Assembly (NCBI GenBank): GCA_937911265.1 | Contig: CALDRG010000064.1 | Location: forward strand, 8,350-72,349 | Source: an uncultured euryarchaeote | GTDB lineage: Archaea > Thermoplasmatota > Poseidoniia > Poseidoniales > Thalassarchaeaceae | Length of the DNA stretch: 64,000 nt | Reading direction: 5' to 3' | Part shown: one piece after another, positions 8,498 to 19,270 of the stretch | Layout: each line of letters begins with the position of its first letter | How positions within the stretch are numbered: position 1 is the stretch's first letter | Position numbers and translations under genes: made by a program | Notes under the pieces: generated by a model | Seen by the model: only the letters and a program-made list of their open reading frames with translations | The model's database searches: none | Told to the model about the DNA's origin: nothing

Positions 8498-10633
8498 ATG
8501 AGTCAGTTCACAACCGAGGAGATGTCTCGGCTGGTCGCTGCTGGCACTCGGGACCAACTCAAGACAGCGATAGACGTGGCTGCAGGACTGTCTATGGTAC
8601 ACATCAACGACTACAGCAGCACCGAAGAGGGGCTGTCCATGGGCTCCCCGACAGGTGAGTCTGAGAGCATCAGCAGACGTCTAACCAAGATGCGAGGCGC
8701 TGCTGCAAACTTACAGGCTGCTGATCAAAAAGAATTGCTGTCGGCCCCTGAGGTCCGTAGGACGTTGTCGGGTCCCATCGATGATTTCGTCGATTCAGCG
8801 TTGGAGAGTTTTGATGAATTAGACGCGCTTCGCAACGAGTCCTCTCAGATTGATGAGGAGGTGGAAGTGTTGCAGATGCTGGCCCCTCTCAGCCTTGAGA
8901 TCGATCTAATGGGAGGCTACCAGAACGTGACGTCATTCATCGGCACCGTCTCATCATTGACCAAGTCTAGACCCGCTCTGGCTGGACTGGGAGACTCTGC
9001 TATTCACATGAGTAGTGAAGTGGGAAAGTCATCAGTCGTAGCAGTGTTCTGCCGCAATACAGAAGCCTCTTCAGTGCATGAGATGCTAGCCAACGAGGAT
9101 TTCCAAGCTATATCCGTCCCTGATTCCGAGGGCCTGCCTTCGGATAGGATTCTGCAGTTGCAGCAGAGGAAGGCCGAGATTACCGAGAGGGCAGAGGAGT
9201 TGGAGTCGAAGATTTCGGATTGGTCAGAGTCGAACGGCGGCATGTTGTTCGGCGGCATGGAACTCTTGGAGAGGGATTTGGAACTCGCCACTGCTCCCAT
9301 CAGGGTTGCCGTGAGCGATCACGCCTTCGTTCTGGACGGATGGATCCGCTCCGATACAGCCCCCGAGGTCGAGGCCGCACTGTCTGGAATATGTACTCAC
9401 GTCAGCATCGAGAAGTTCACCCTACCTGCGCACAGCAGTCACCTCCATCACGACGAGGACGCGCCTGAACTCCCACCCATCGCATTCTCTCCTAGGAACT
9501 ACAGCAAACCGTTCGAAATGCTGACCGATGTGATGGGTCGTCCGGCCTACGGTAGAATTGACCCCACCTTCTTCATGTTCCTGACCTATCCATTGTTCTT
9601 CGGACTGATACTCGGTGACATGGCCTACGGCCTAGCGGTGATGGGCATGGCTTGGTTCATCTGGCGACGTTTCCCAATCAATCCAATGATGAAGAATGTT
9701 GGAGGATTTCTGTTCACCATAGGATTGTCTACAGTAATCTTTGGTTACATATACGGCGAATTCGCCGGCTTCGAATTCCTGCCACATGGCCACTGCGATA
9801 TCGAGGGAGTAATTGGAGTCGCACAGTGCGATGCGGCACATGGGCACTACGGCTGGGATAGTGCGCACGCGCCTTGGTGGGTAGCATGGATGACAAATCT
9901 GTACCCGAATGGTGGCGAATTCTACGCGGTCTGGGAAGGGCCGCTAAACATTGTCCTCGCCTATCCCTTCCACCGAGTATCTTCAAACCTTGAGAACCTA
10001 ATACTCATCACCATCTACATGGGGGTCATCCATGTTTTCCTCGGACTCGTCCTGGGCTTCCGTGACATCTACAAGGCCCACGGATTCGTCGATGCATTGT
10101 TCGAGAAAGGCTCGTGGATGACTGTCTTGATTGGCGGGTTCATTTTCGCATATGCATTCCTAGTGGATTCAGCATCTGACTTCCTGATGCTTGGAGCAGC
10201 TATCATGGGAGTCGGCGTAGTGATGGTCATGGTACTGCTCGCGCACTATGAAAAGATGGGCGTAATAGGGATCCCGCTTGGGGTCTTAGAGTCGTTAGGG
10301 ATGCTGCCAAAAATAGTCTCCTACGTCAGGTTGTTCGCAGTCGGAGTAGTTGGCGTGAAGATTGCCGCCACCGGAAACGAGATGATTTACGAGGGAATGG
10401 CTCACACTCTGTCAGATTTAGGTCATGCATCGACTTTTGACATCGTGTTATTGCCGGTAATGTTTGTTGGCTGGCTACTTGTACAACTCTTCGCCCTAGT
10501 GTTGGGCATATTCAGTCCAAATATCCACACAGTGCGTTTGCACTTCGTCGAGTGGATGATGCAGTTCTACGAGGGGAGCGGCCTGCCCTTCGAGGCGTTC
10601 GGTTTCAAACCGAACAAGGTAGAGGTCGAATGA
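8498..10633 (+). CDS. atpI: A-type ATP synthase subunit I (membrane a-subunit)
   Basis: 711 aa; soluble N-terminal half plus polytopic C-terminal half typical of the V/A-type 116-kDa subunit; operon position. Confidence 0.9.
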   Translation: MSQFTTEEMSRLVAAGTRDQLKTAIDVAAGLSMVHINDYSSTEEGLSMGSPTGESESISRRLTKMRGAAANLQAADQKELLSAPEVRRTLSGPIDDFVDSALESFDELDALRNESSQIDEEVEVLQMLAPLSLEIDLMGGYQNVTSFIGTVSSLTKSRPALAGLGDSAIHMSSEVGKSSVVAVFCRNTEASSVHEMLANEDFQAISVPDSEGLPSDRILQLQQRKAEITERAEELESKISDWSESNGGMLFGGMELLERDLELATAPIRVAVSDHAFVLDGWIRSDTAPEVEAALSGICTHVSIEKFTLPAHSSHLHHDEDAPELPPIAFSPRNYSKPFEMLTDVMGRPAYGRIDPTFFMFLTYPLFFGLILGDMAYGLAVMGMAWFIWRRFPINPMMKNVGGFLFTIGLSTVIFGYIYGEFAGFEFLPHGHCDIEGVIGVAQCDAAHGHYGWDSAHAPWWVAWMTNLYPNGGEFYAVWEGPLNIVLAYPFHRVSSNLENLILITIYMGVIHVFLGLVLGFRDIYKAHGFVDALFEKGSWMTVLIGGFIFAYAFLVDSASDFLMLGAAIMGVGVVMVMVLLAHYEKMGVIGIPLGVLESLGMLPKIVSYVRLFAVGVVGVKIAATGNEMIYEGMAHTLSDLGHASTFDIVLLPVMFVGWLLVQLFALVLGIFSPNIHTVRLHFVEWMMQFYEGSGLPFEAFGFKPNKVEVE

Positions 10634-10668
10634 CACTCACAAAGTGAGAAAAATACGGAGGAAAAAAT

Positions 10669-10977
10669 ATGGAAAACAAGAGAATGAGAATGGTATATCG
10701 CCTGCTGATGGCTGTGTTCATCGCGACCTTGGTCGCCGGTGTCGCAACTGCTCAGGAAGCAGATGCAGTAAATGATAAGGACACCATGGCTAAGCTCGGC
10801 GCAGGTATTGCGCTGGCCGGTTGTGGGATAGGAACCGGTCTTGCGCAAGGGCCAATCGGAGCAGCCGCCGTTGGCATGATTGCCGAGGACGGCAGTAAGT
10901 TCGGTTTGGCACTTCTGTTCACTGTACTGCCTGAGACCATCGTTCTGTTCGGTTTCCTTACGCTCTTCCTACTGTAG
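10669..10977 (+). CDS. atpK: A-type ATP synthase subunit K (proteolipid c-subunit)
   Basis: Gly/Ala-rich hairpin (GAGIALAGCGIGTGLAQG ... LLFTVLPETIVLFGF) with the conserved Glu in helix 2; N-terminal leader-like extension. Confidence 0.9.
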   Translation: MENKRMRMVYRLLMAVFIATLVAGVATAQEADAVNDKDTMAKLGAGIALAGCGIGTGLAQGPIGAAAVGMIAEDGSKFGLALLFTVLPETIVLFGFLTLFLL

Positions 10978-11013
10978 GTCGTTTGGAACTAGGCAGATAA
11001 TGGAGAGTCACAT

Positions 11014-11580
11014 ATGTCATTGGACAAATTAGCAAGTGAGATTGAATCAATGGCCAAGGCCGAGGCTAAGGTAGTCTCGAAAGAGGCCAAGGCCGGGGCT
11101 AAGAGCATCGGCAGTGAGGCCAAAGATTCAGTCGCTGAGTACCGCGATGCAGCGATTACTCAAGCTGAAAAGATGAGCGACCAGATTGCAGTCGAAAGCA
11201 TCGCTGCTGCGCGCCAGAGGAACCAGAAACGTCTCCTTGTCGCACGCAGGACAGAGCTAGACTCAACGTGGTCAGAAGTCATGTCGCAGGTCGGCGCAGC
11301 CGACTTGAAGGGCAGGGAGGAAATACTCGAATCCCTAGTGCAGAAGGCTACCACAGAATCTGATGATGGCATGGTCCTACGTCCAGTAGCAGTTGACCGA
11401 GAGATTCTGTCAAGATACTCTGAAAGATTCCAGATAGGAGAGGACACTGATGGACTAGGGGGCTTTGTGCTTGAGAGTCCAGATGGTTCCGTCCTGATGG
11501 ACTACCGCTTCGAAGGGAGGTTACGCGACGCATGGGACGCGAGCCTCGGAGAAGTCAGCAACACGTTATTCGGAGAGTGA
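11014..11580 (+). CDS. atpE: A-type ATP synthase subunit E
   Basis: 188-aa coiled-coil/stator-like protein; conserved operon position. Confidence 0.8.
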   Translation: MSLDKLASEIESMAKAEAKVVSKEAKAGAKSIGSEAKDSVAEYRDAAITQAEKMSDQIAVESIAAARQRNQKRLLVARRTELDSTWSEVMSQVGAADLKGREEILESLVQKATTESDDGMVLRPVAVDREILSRYSERFQIGEDTDGLGGFVLESPDGSVLMDYRFEGRLRDAWDASLGEVSNTLFGE

Positions 11581-11590
11581 GGGGAAAGCA

Positions 11591-12646
11591 ATGGCGGAGA
11601 TAGCAGTTGGTAAGGGCAACTGGGCTAACGCCTCCGCCCGCAGCAAGGCAAGGAAGTCCAAGCTGCTCGACGAGACTAGGCTACGTCAATTGATGAAAAG
11701 TGGTCCTGATACTATCGCAGCCAGCATCGGAGAACTCGACTATCGCAGGGAGCTAGATATTTACTCGGCCCGCCTTAGTGGTGCGGACCTTGTTGAGGCT
11801 GCTCTGAGTCACAACCTAGATCGAGAACTCACAGAGGTCATGGGCTTCTGCCAAGGACGCCTCAAGAGAATTGTCTCTGTCTTCGCTCTTCGTTTCTCGT
11901 ATAGTAACGCCAAAGCGGTACTCCGTGCCGTCAACGGCGGAATAACAGTTGAGAAACTGTCCAATTCGGTGTTGCCTGATGAGAATGAACTCAATGTCAG
12001 TTGGCTAGACATTGCTCGCCAGAGTGAAAATCTACAGGAAGCCGCCGCCGCAATGCGCGGAACTCCTTGGGGGTCAGCCATATCGGACTTCGACGCCGAC
12101 ACACGCCTACAGGAATATGAGGACGCACTCGATCGTCACTACTACCACGAAGCAATTTCTGCACTGAGGGCCAGTGGGCAGAGCCACAGTCTGCTGTTGG
12201 GATATCTCCGTACCGAGATTGACCATCGCAATATCGTGAACCTGCTACGGGCCCTACGTCAGAACCTATCGGCGGAGCAGCGTGCAGGACTGATATTGGA
12301 TGGAGGCAGGGCACTAAAGGGAAATTTACTCCGCAGCGCTGCTCAGGCGGACACCGAGGACGCACTGATTGAGGTCCTGCGAAGATCCAGCATGGAGACC
12401 GCCGAACTAGAAGAGGCACTCAAGGAGTCGCATGAGCATGGCGGTTTCGATCCGGTAGTCAGTTATCTCGCATCAGAGAGAAGAGCGAATCTGAGGCGAA
12501 TGAGCCACCTCAACCCACTCTCAGCGTTCCCCCTCATCTACTACCTTGAGAGCAAGGTGCTTGAAGTCCAAAATCTCCGCCTGCTGGTGCGCGGCAAGGC
12601 AGTCGGACTTCCAGACGACGTAATAGAAGCGCACATGGCATTCTGA
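11591..12646 (+). CDS. atpC: A-type ATP synthase subunit C
   Basis: 351 aa, helical, position between E and F in the conserved operon order. Confidence 0.8.
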   Translation: MAEIAVGKGNWANASARSKARKSKLLDETRLRQLMKSGPDTIAASIGELDYRRELDIYSARLSGADLVEAALSHNLDRELTEVMGFCQGRLKRIVSVFALRFSYSNAKAVLRAVNGGITVEKLSNSVLPDENELNVSWLDIARQSENLQEAAAAMRGTPWGSAISDFDADTRLQEYEDALDRHYYHEAISALRASGQSHSLLLGYLRTEIDHRNIVNLLRALRQNLSAEQRAGLILDGGRALKGNLLRSAAQADTEDALIEVLRRSSMETAELEEALKESHEHGGFDPVVSYLASERRANLRRMSHLNPLSAFPLIYYLESKVLEVQNLRLLVRGKAVGLPDDVIEAHMAF

Positions 12647-12655
12647 GGTGAAAAG

Positions 12656-12955
12656 ATGGAGATAGCGATAGTAGGTACTCCCGAGTTCACCCTCGGATTC
12701 CAACTAGCGGGTATCATGCGCCTACACAACCCCGAGAACGACGAGGAGATGAGCCACACCCTTCGCTCGATGCTCGATGAGAAGGAGGTCGGCATCATCG
12801 TTGTTGATGCAGTCGACCTGACTCGCATGTCGGACAAGCTCAGACAGCGTATGTCCGACAGCATATCGCCCACTGTGTTGGGTATAGGGACAGAGGAGGA
12901 CAATACCCTCCGAGAGTCCATCAAGTCGGCACTAGGCGTCGACCTTTGGAAGTAG
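12656..12955 (+). CDS. atpF: A-type ATP synthase subunit F
   Basis: 99 aa; MEIAIVGTPEFTLGFQLAGI is the typical subunit-F N-terminus. Confidence 0.85.
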   Translation: MEIAIVGTPEFTLGFQLAGIMRLHNPENDEEMSHTLRSMLDEKEVGIIVVDAVDLTRMSDKLRQRMSDSISPTVLGIGTEEDNTLRESIKSALGVDLWK

Positions 12956-12988
12956 ATTCCTCAATTACAAGGATAAGGAAGTGAATAA

Positions 12989-14731
12989 ATGAGTGAAGAA
13001 AATGGATTGATTTACAGAATCTCAGGACCGGTCGTCACGGCCGTCGGCATCTCGCCGAGAATGTATGAAGTGGTAAGAGTCGGAGACGAAGGACTGATGG
13101 GAGAAGTGATTGAGTTGCACGGTGACCAGTCGGTCATCCAAGTTTACGAGGAGACCTCCGGTATCAAGCCGGGTGAACCGGTCATTAGGACAGGCCAGAC
13201 TCTGTCTGTGAAGCTAGGGCCGGGTCTCCTGACCCAGATTTATGACGGCATCCAGCGCCCCCTCGAAGATCTTGAAGCGACTATGGGCGTGTTCATCACG
13301 CGCGGTGTTGACGCAGACGGCCTCGACCTCTCGAAGAAATGGGAGTTCAACGCTACTGCTGCGGTCGGCGATGAGATTTCAGGCGGCTCCGTGATAGGAG
13401 TCGTCCAAGAAACCGAGACCGTCGAGCACAGGGTCATGGTGCCACCGGGCACCAGTGGCAAGGTCGCCAGCATCGAGTCGGGTGAGTTCGATATCACCAC
13501 CACGGTGTGCAAGTTAGACAATGGCACCGAGATCGCCATGATGCAGGAATGGCCGGTTCGTACTCCCCGACCATTCGTCCAGAAGTACGCTCCAGACGTC
13601 CCGCTAGTTACGGGTCAGAGGATTCTAGACTTCCTATTCCCTCTAGCCAAGGGCGGAACAGCCGGCATCCCCGGGCCCTTTGGGTCCGGTAAGACGGTGA
13701 CGCAGCAACAGCTCGCCAAGTGGTCCGACGCCCAGATAGTCGTCTACATCGGATGCGGCGAGCGCGGCAACGAGATGACTGAGGTACTCAGCGAGTTCCC
13801 TCATCTCATCGACCCTAACACCGGCAAACCGCTGATGAACAGGACCACAATGATCGCCAACACATCGAATATGCCCGTCGCCGCTCGCGAGGCGTCTGTG
13901 TACACTGGCATAACAATCGCCGAGTACTTCCGAGATATGGGCTACGACGTCGCTCTGATGGCCGACTCTACAAGCAGATGGGCCGAGGCGATGCGAGAGA
14001 TTTCCTCTCGTCTGGAGGAAATGCCAGGTGAGGAGGGATATCCGGCTTACTTGTCCAGCAGACTCGCCGAGTTCTATGAGCGAGCTGGTCGTGTTCAGAC
14101 ACTGTCCGGCGACGATGGCTCTATCTCTGTCATCGGAGCTGTGTCTCCGCCCGGCGGAGATATATCCGAACCGGTCAGTCAAGGAACGCTTCGAATCGTC
14201 AAGGTATTCTGGGGCCTGGATGCGGGATTGGCACGCCAGCGCCACTTCCCTGCCATCAACTGGCTCAATTCGTACAGTCTGTATCCACAGGCTCTCGACC
14301 AGTGGTATCGGGACAACATTGCTAGCGACTATCCAGAGGTGCGAACCAAGATAAGCAGCCTGCTGCAGGTCGAGTCCGAGCTCCAAGAGATTGTCCAACT
14401 GGTCGGTTCTGATGCGTTACCTATTGACCAACAACTGACTCTTGAGGTCGCTAGAATGATCCGCGAATACTTCCTCCAGCAGAACGCGTTCCATGAAGTT
14501 GACACGTTCAGTACTCTGGATTTACAGTACGCGATGGCAAAAGCTATCCTGACATTCCAAGAAGATTCCGAGAGGGCAATCGCCGGTGGCGCTGGCCTCG
14601 AGGACGTCGTCAATGTGCCCGCGCGCACTGACCTCATGCGAGGTCGTTTCGAGCAGGGTTACGTCGAGCGCATTGGAAAATTGCTTGGGGCGATGTCGAA
14701 ACAGATCGCCGAGACTATGGAGGAAAACTAA
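12989..14731 (+). CDS. atpA: A-type ATP synthase catalytic subunit A
   Basis: 580 aa; Walker A GPFGSGKT; non-homologous insert region typical of A-subunits. Confidence 0.95.
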   Translation: MSEENGLIYRISGPVVTAVGISPRMYEVVRVGDEGLMGEVIELHGDQSVIQVYEETSGIKPGEPVIRTGQTLSVKLGPGLLTQIYDGIQRPLEDLEATMGVFITRGVDADGLDLSKKWEFNATAAVGDEISGGSVIGVVQETETVEHRVMVPPGTSGKVASIESGEFDITTTVCKLDNGTEIAMMQEWPVRTPRPFVQKYAPDVPLVTGQRILDFLFPLAKGGTAGIPGPFGSGKTVTQQQLAKWSDAQIVVYIGCGERGNEMTEVLSEFPHLIDPNTGKPLMNRTTMIANTSNMPVAAREASVYTGITIAEYFRDMGYDVALMADSTSRWAEAMREISSRLEEMPGEEGYPAYLSSRLAEFYERAGRVQTLSGDDGSISVIGAVSPPGGDISEPVSQGTLRIVKVFWGLDAGLARQRHFPAINWLNSYSLYPQALDQWYRDNIASDYPEVRTKISSLLQVESELQEIVQLVGSDALPIDQQLTLEVARMIREYFLQQNAFHEVDTFSTLDLQYAMAKAILTFQEDSERAIAGGAGLEDVVNVPARTDLMRGRFEQGYVERIGKLLGAMSKQIAETMEEN

Positions 14732-14744
14732 GGGGGTGCCATGA

Positions 14745-16130
14745 ATGAGTGGAAAAGAATACAGGACAATTACAGACGTAAAGGGACCCTTGGTCTTCCT
14801 TGAGAAGACTGAGCCCGTAGCCTTCGGAGAGATCGTGGAACTGCGCCTCTCTGATGGCACTATGAAGAACGGACAAGTGCTTGACACCAGCGACGACCAA
14901 GTTATCGTACAGGTTTTCGAGGGGACGGCCTCTATCGACAAACAGACTGGAGTCAAGTTCCTAGGGGACGTTTTCAAACTACCAGTCAGTAAGGGACTGA
15001 TTGGACGCATCCTAGATGGTGCTGGCAAGCCCAGAGACGGTGGCCCGGAGATCGTGGCCGAGGAAATGGCTGACATCATCGGTGCTGCCATCAATCCGTA
15101 CAGCCGTGAGAGTCCCGAGGAGTTCATCCAGACCGGGATTTCGGCCATCGACGCCTGCACCACACTAGTGCGTGGACAGAAGTTGCCAATCTTCTCAGCA
15201 TCAGGGCTGCCTCACAACGATATCGCACTGCAGATAGCCCGCCAGGCCAAGTTAATTGGCAGTGACGACGATTTCGTCGTTGTGTTCTGCGCTATGGGCA
15301 TCACCGCTGAAGAGTACAACTTCTTCGTACACGACCTTGAGCGCACAGGCGCTCTGGAGAACGCTGTTCTATTCGTCAATCTAGCCGACGACCCAGCTGT
15401 CGAGCGCCTGATTACACCGCGTCTTGCTCTGACAGCCGCTGAGTATCTGGCCTTCGAGCACGACTACCACGTTCTGGTCATCCTTACTGACATGACAAAC
15501 TACTGCGAGTCTCTCAGGCAGATCGGAGCTGCTCGCGAGGAGGTTCCCGGACGACGTGGCTACCCCGGTTACATGTACACCGACCTAGCTATGCTTTACG
15601 AGCGAGCAGGCATCGTGAAGGGGAAGAAGGGAAGCATCACGCAGTTCCCTATTCTGACAATGCCAGGTGACGACATCACTCACCCGATACCCGACCTGTC
15701 AGGATACATCACCGAGGGACAGATTGTCATTTCGCGTGAGTTGCACCAGAAGGGCATCTATCCTCCTATCAACGTCCTGCCGTCATTGTCGCGTCTGATG
15801 AACGCAGGAATAGGCGAGGGAAAGACCCGCGAGGATCACAAGTCGGTCTCTGACCAACTTTACGCAGCCTACGCACAGGGGCGCGAACTCAGGGGATTGG
15901 TGGCGATTGTCGGAGAGGACGCGCTCAACGAGCGCGACTTGCAACTACTGAAGTTCTCAGGCATCTTTGAGGACCAATTCCTCAGGCAGAGTCGTGATGA
16001 GGACCGACCTATAGTAGAGGGCACGCTTGATCTCGCGTGGGACCTCCTGACCAACATCGACACGAAATACCTCGTCAGGTTGGACCAGAAGTGGATAGAC
16101 AAGTACCACCCGACTGAGAAAAAGTCGTGA
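14745..16130 (+). CDS. atpB: A-type ATP synthase subunit B
   Basis: 461 aa; regulatory B-subunit signature without a canonical P-loop; SRL...[16 protein letters not shown]. Confidence 0.95.
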   Translation: MSGKEYRTITDVKGPLVFLEKTEPVAFGEIVELRLSDGTMKNGQVLDTSDDQVIVQVFEGTASIDKQTGVKFLGDVFKLPVSKGLIGRILDGAGKPRDGGPEIVAEEMADIIGAAINPYSRESPEEFIQTGISAIDACTTLVRGQKLPIFSASGLPHNDIALQIARQAKLIGSDDDFVVVFCAMGITAEEYNFFVHDLERTGALENAVLFVNLADDPAVERLITPRLALTAAEYLAFEHDYHVLVILTDMTNYCESLRQIGAAREEVPGRRGYPGYMYTDLAMLYERAGIVKGKKGSITQFPILTMPGDDITHPIPDLSGYITEGQIVISRELHQKGIYPPINVLPSLSRLMNAGIGEGKTREDHKSVSDQLYAAYAQGRELRGLVAIVGEDALNERDLQLLKFSGIFEDQFLRQSRDEDRPIVEGTLDLAWDLLTNIDTKYLVRLDQKWIDKYHPTEKKS

Positions 16131-16161
16131 TTAGGGCGAGAGGACGCTAAGGAGGTAGAAC

Positions 16162-16779
16162 ATGGCTCTGGACATCAAGCCAACCAGGTCCGAACTAATC
16201 AACCTCAAGCGACGCATCAAGCAGACCCAGAACGGCTACAACCTACTCAAGATGAAGCGAGACGGGCTGTTCCATGAGTTCAGATCCCTGCTCTCCGAGA
16301 TGATAGAGGCCCGTGAGGAACTGGTAGGGACCTATCGGGAAGCAGTTCAGTCAATCAGTCTGGCCAGCGCCCTCGAAGGCGGTCTCGCTGTCAAGAGCGC
16401 AGCCATAGCCATCTCACGCCACCCCGAGGTCACTGTGACGCGACGCAACATCATGGGAGTAGTTGTGCCGAGTGTGGTCGGAACCAACCTGACCACCTCG
16501 ATAGATGAGAGAGGGACTGGGCTGATCGGAGGCTCAGCATACATCGACGAGGCATCCGACTCGTACTCCACTTTAATCGAGAAGATTGTCAAAGCCGCCG
16601 AGATGGAAGCGACATTGAAGAGGCTCCTGGTTGAGATTGAGGCGACCAAGCGGCGAGTCAACGCGCTTGAGTACGTAGTCATCCCTCAGATGGAAGAGGC
16701 ACGGAACTTCATCCAGCTCCGTCTTGAGGAGATGGAGCGTGAGGAGACGTTCCGTCTGAAGCGCTTCAAGAACAAGTGA
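16162..16779 (+). CDS. atpD: A-type ATP synthase subunit D
   Basis: 205-aa coiled-coil central-stalk protein; MALDIKPTRSELINLKRRIK N-terminus. Confidence 0.9.
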   Translation: MALDIKPTRSELINLKRRIKQTQNGYNLLKMKRDGLFHEFRSLLSEMIEAREELVGTYREAVQSISLASALEGGLAVKSAAIAISRHPEVTVTRRNIMGVVVPSVVGTNLTTSIDERGTGLIGGSAYIDEASDSYSTLIEKIVKAAEMEATLKRLLVEIEATKRRVNALEYVVIPQMEEARNFIQLRLEEMEREETFRLKRFKNK

Positions 16780-16855
16780 AACGGCAAACTTCGTTCGCCG
16801 TGCACACGTACGAGGGGTCAAAACGGACCTCCCCGACCCAACCCAAGGGGTCACC

Positions 16856-19270
16856 ATGACCGAGGCCGAAATTCACCTGCTGGACACCGAGACATGGGAG
16901 CAGCAGGAACTGCTCGAGGTAATCTGCTCGAGGTACTTCGTCCTCGGTAGTCAGGGCTTAGCAGAGTACTCCTGGGAAGTTAACGGCAGGGAGGGTCGAA
17001 GTCCTAGCGCATCCTTGCGCTCGCTGAACAGGCACCTCAAGGACCTCAGCCTGATTGCAGTGTTAGATGAGGGGGACCCACCTCTGCTCAGCGTTGGTGG
17101 ACTGCCGTCGCAGGTGATGGTGATGCCGGCTTGGCAACAGGCTCTGGTATGGATCCTAGTCACAGGGTTCGTGACCATGGCAGGGGCCCTCTGGGTTACC
17201 CATCTAAATCCGGCTCCAGCGGTTTTGGAATTAGCAGTCCTGCAGACTTCTCTTGTGTTCTTCGCCCTCCCTGTGATGGGATCAGTTCTGCTCGCAAGTT
17301 ACGCCCGCATATTCGTCTCGGACGCGTTTGAAGTCGAGTCGAACCACTTGATTCCACTCGCCTTCCCGGTGATGTCCCCCGAATGGCCGTTCAGCCTGAT
17401 ATCTGCTATCGGCCAGATGAGGTCTGATCTGCACCCCATCCCTAATCGGCGAGCTCTCGGATTTATCGAACTGACCACGCCGACGGTGATGTTCGTCTGT
17501 GGATCGATACTGACCATCCTCGGCCTCGGCATGACCTCCAATCAACCTCCGGCCTTCGAGGCAGCCCCGATAGTGGTCGACACCAATTTTCTAGTGGACA
17601 TCTTTGGATCTGTGATGCTGTCTTCTGACGTGGCCTTGAAACTCCAGTGGATACATCCAACCGGGCTGGCCGGCATCGCACTCTCGCTTGCGGGATGGGC
17701 TCTCCTGCTCCCCATTCCTGGATTCCCGGGTGACCGGATACTGCACGCCCTAATCGGCCCAGGAGACATGCAGGAAGGCAGCAACCAGACGTCCATTTTC
17801 ATCGCTACTCTCGGTTTCGCACTTTTCATCTTCATCAGCACGGAATACTGGCCCTGGCTCCTACTGGCCGCCATCGCTGCATGGCGCAGGTTCAGTCCCG
17901 AGCAGATGCCATCTCCTTTCGTCGTCGACGAGTATGCGGGACTCGACGAGATTCAGATGCGACAGATTGCCTCGTTGGCGCTGGTCATCCTCCTGCTTGG
18001 CTACCCAGGCCTCGAGCCCAGTTACGAGATGGAGGATTGGGACAAAGGTCTGTCAACCGAATCTTGGCCCACACATATTTTCTTTGAGGATGGGGATGCC
18101 GAGGTCGAGTTGGCGCTCGAGCCAGTCGGGGTGATGCCAGTTTCCGGCTGGCTGCAGATGCGCATCGAAGGAGCCCCGTTCGGAGGCTGGCAGATTGATT
18201 CAGAGTGCATGGACGAAAGGGAAGTATGTCGTTTCGACGATATTACTCAGGCCTCGCCAGGTAGCGTGTCAGTCAGCATGAATCGTGATCAAATGGAGGC
18301 CAGTGCGCAGACATTCAGACTGGTCATCCTTCTCGATGTTGCCGATCACGTCTCTGAGTACGCCATAGTGTTCCATCCGACAGGGGTGACTTCACCGATA
18401 GACCCACTCTGGGTGATGGTCGAAGACACACAGACTCCTAGGATCTGCGTTGAGATTATGGTCGTCGAGGACGACTACGTCAACCTGACGAACAACGACC
18501 CGTTCTGGGCATTCGAGAACGAGACCTCTCTAGGTCCAGGAATTCATGAGTTATGCATGCGAGGTCACGAGGGTGCCTTACAATCCCTGTCGTTGCGGGA
18601 CAGCCAGTACCGCAGGATAGGCCCCTCCATCTCCCTGTCCCGCGAAAACCTATCCAATGACGTCCTGTTCCTGCCAATCGAGGGTACCCAGCCCATAATC
18701 CAGGTTTCCGACGGCGAGTGGCGCATTCCCGAGTGGTTTGAGTCGGACTCCGAGTACGTGATAGCCCGGGGCGAGGCCGGCTCGGCCTTCTGCCCCTCCA
18801 CTGACGTAATCGCCGAAGTCAATGCCAGCGGCGACTGGGACAGGGACCTCGCTGACCGCTCGTCGATACTCCTTCCGGCTGGTGAGATTGATAACGCGAC
18901 CCTCCGATTCGGCGCATCGGGCTGGCTGGCGCTGTGCCAAGGAACGACCATGTTCGCCTCGTACAGGGTGGTCGAGGGGCCGGATGTCATGGTTGACCCC
19001 GGAACCCTCTCGTCAAGGATGCCGAACGGCGAGTTTAGCATCGTTAACCGGGAAAACACCTCGATGTCCATATCTCTCGATTGGACAGGAGACGCAGTCG
19101 CTTGGGATAACTGGGAGGCTTGGGCACCGTCTGAAGTGGCAGCGATGTCATCGGTCACAGCCAACGCATCCGTCCACGGGTCCCCCTCTGCCTGGTGGGC
19201 AGCGTGGGTGACGGCAGATGAAGATGGCATCACTCTGCACTTTGCGGCGCGTTCGTGGGAGGCTGCATAA
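16856..19270 (+). CDS. Polytopic membrane protein with a large C-terminal extracytoplasmic domain; weak site-2-protease-like motif, no HExxH
   Basis: About 8 predicted TM helices in the N-terminal 400 aa; LLLPIPGFPGDRILHAL resembles the S2P NxxPxxxLDG motif but no zincin HExxH is present in the membrane domain; about 400-aa C-terminal soluble domain. Confidence 0.4.
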   Translation: MTEAEIHLLDTETWEQQELLEVICSRYFVLGSQGLAEYSWEVNGREGRSPSASLRSLNRHLKDLSLIAVLDEGDPPLLSVGGLPSQVMVMPAWQQALVWILVTGFVTMAGALWVTHLNPAPAVLELAVLQTSLVFFALPVMGSVLLASYARIFVSDAFEVESNHLIPLAFPVMSPEWPFSLISAIGQMRSDLHPIPNRRALGFIELTTPTVMFVCGSILTILGLGMTSNQPPAFEAAPIVVDTNFLVDIFGSVMLSSDVALKLQWIHPTGLAGIALSLAGWALLLPIPGFPGDRILHALIGPGDMQEGSNQTSIFIATLGFALFIFISTEYWPWLLLAAIAAWRRFSPEQMPSPFVVDEYAGLDEIQMRQIASLALVILLLGYPGLEPSYEMEDWDKGLSTESWPTHIFFEDGDAEVELALEPVGVMPVSGWLQMRIEGAPFGGWQIDSECMDEREVCRFDDITQASPGSVSVSMNRDQMEASAQTFRLVILLDVADHVSEYAIVFHPTGVTSPIDPLWVMVEDTQTPRICVEIMVVEDDYVNLTNNDPFWAFENETSLGPGIHELCMRGHEGALQSLSLRDSQYRRIGPSISLSRENLSNDVLFLPIEGTQPIIQVSDGEWRIPEWFESDSEYVIARGEAGSAFCPSTDVIAEVNASGDWDRDLADRSSILLPAGEIDNATLRFGASGWLALCQGTTMFASYRVVEGPDVMVDPGTLSSRMPNGEFSIVNRENTSMSISLDWTGDAVAWDNWEAWAPSEVAAMSSVTANASVHGSPSAWWAAWVTADEDGITLHFAARSWEAA

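Noticed and set aside
18520-18560. HELCMRGHEG in the C-terminal domain of the S2P-like protein as a possible zincin site
   Set aside because: The spacing (HExxxxxHE) does not match HExxH, and the segment lies in the predicted extracytoplasmic soluble domain, not in a TM helix as required for an S2P.
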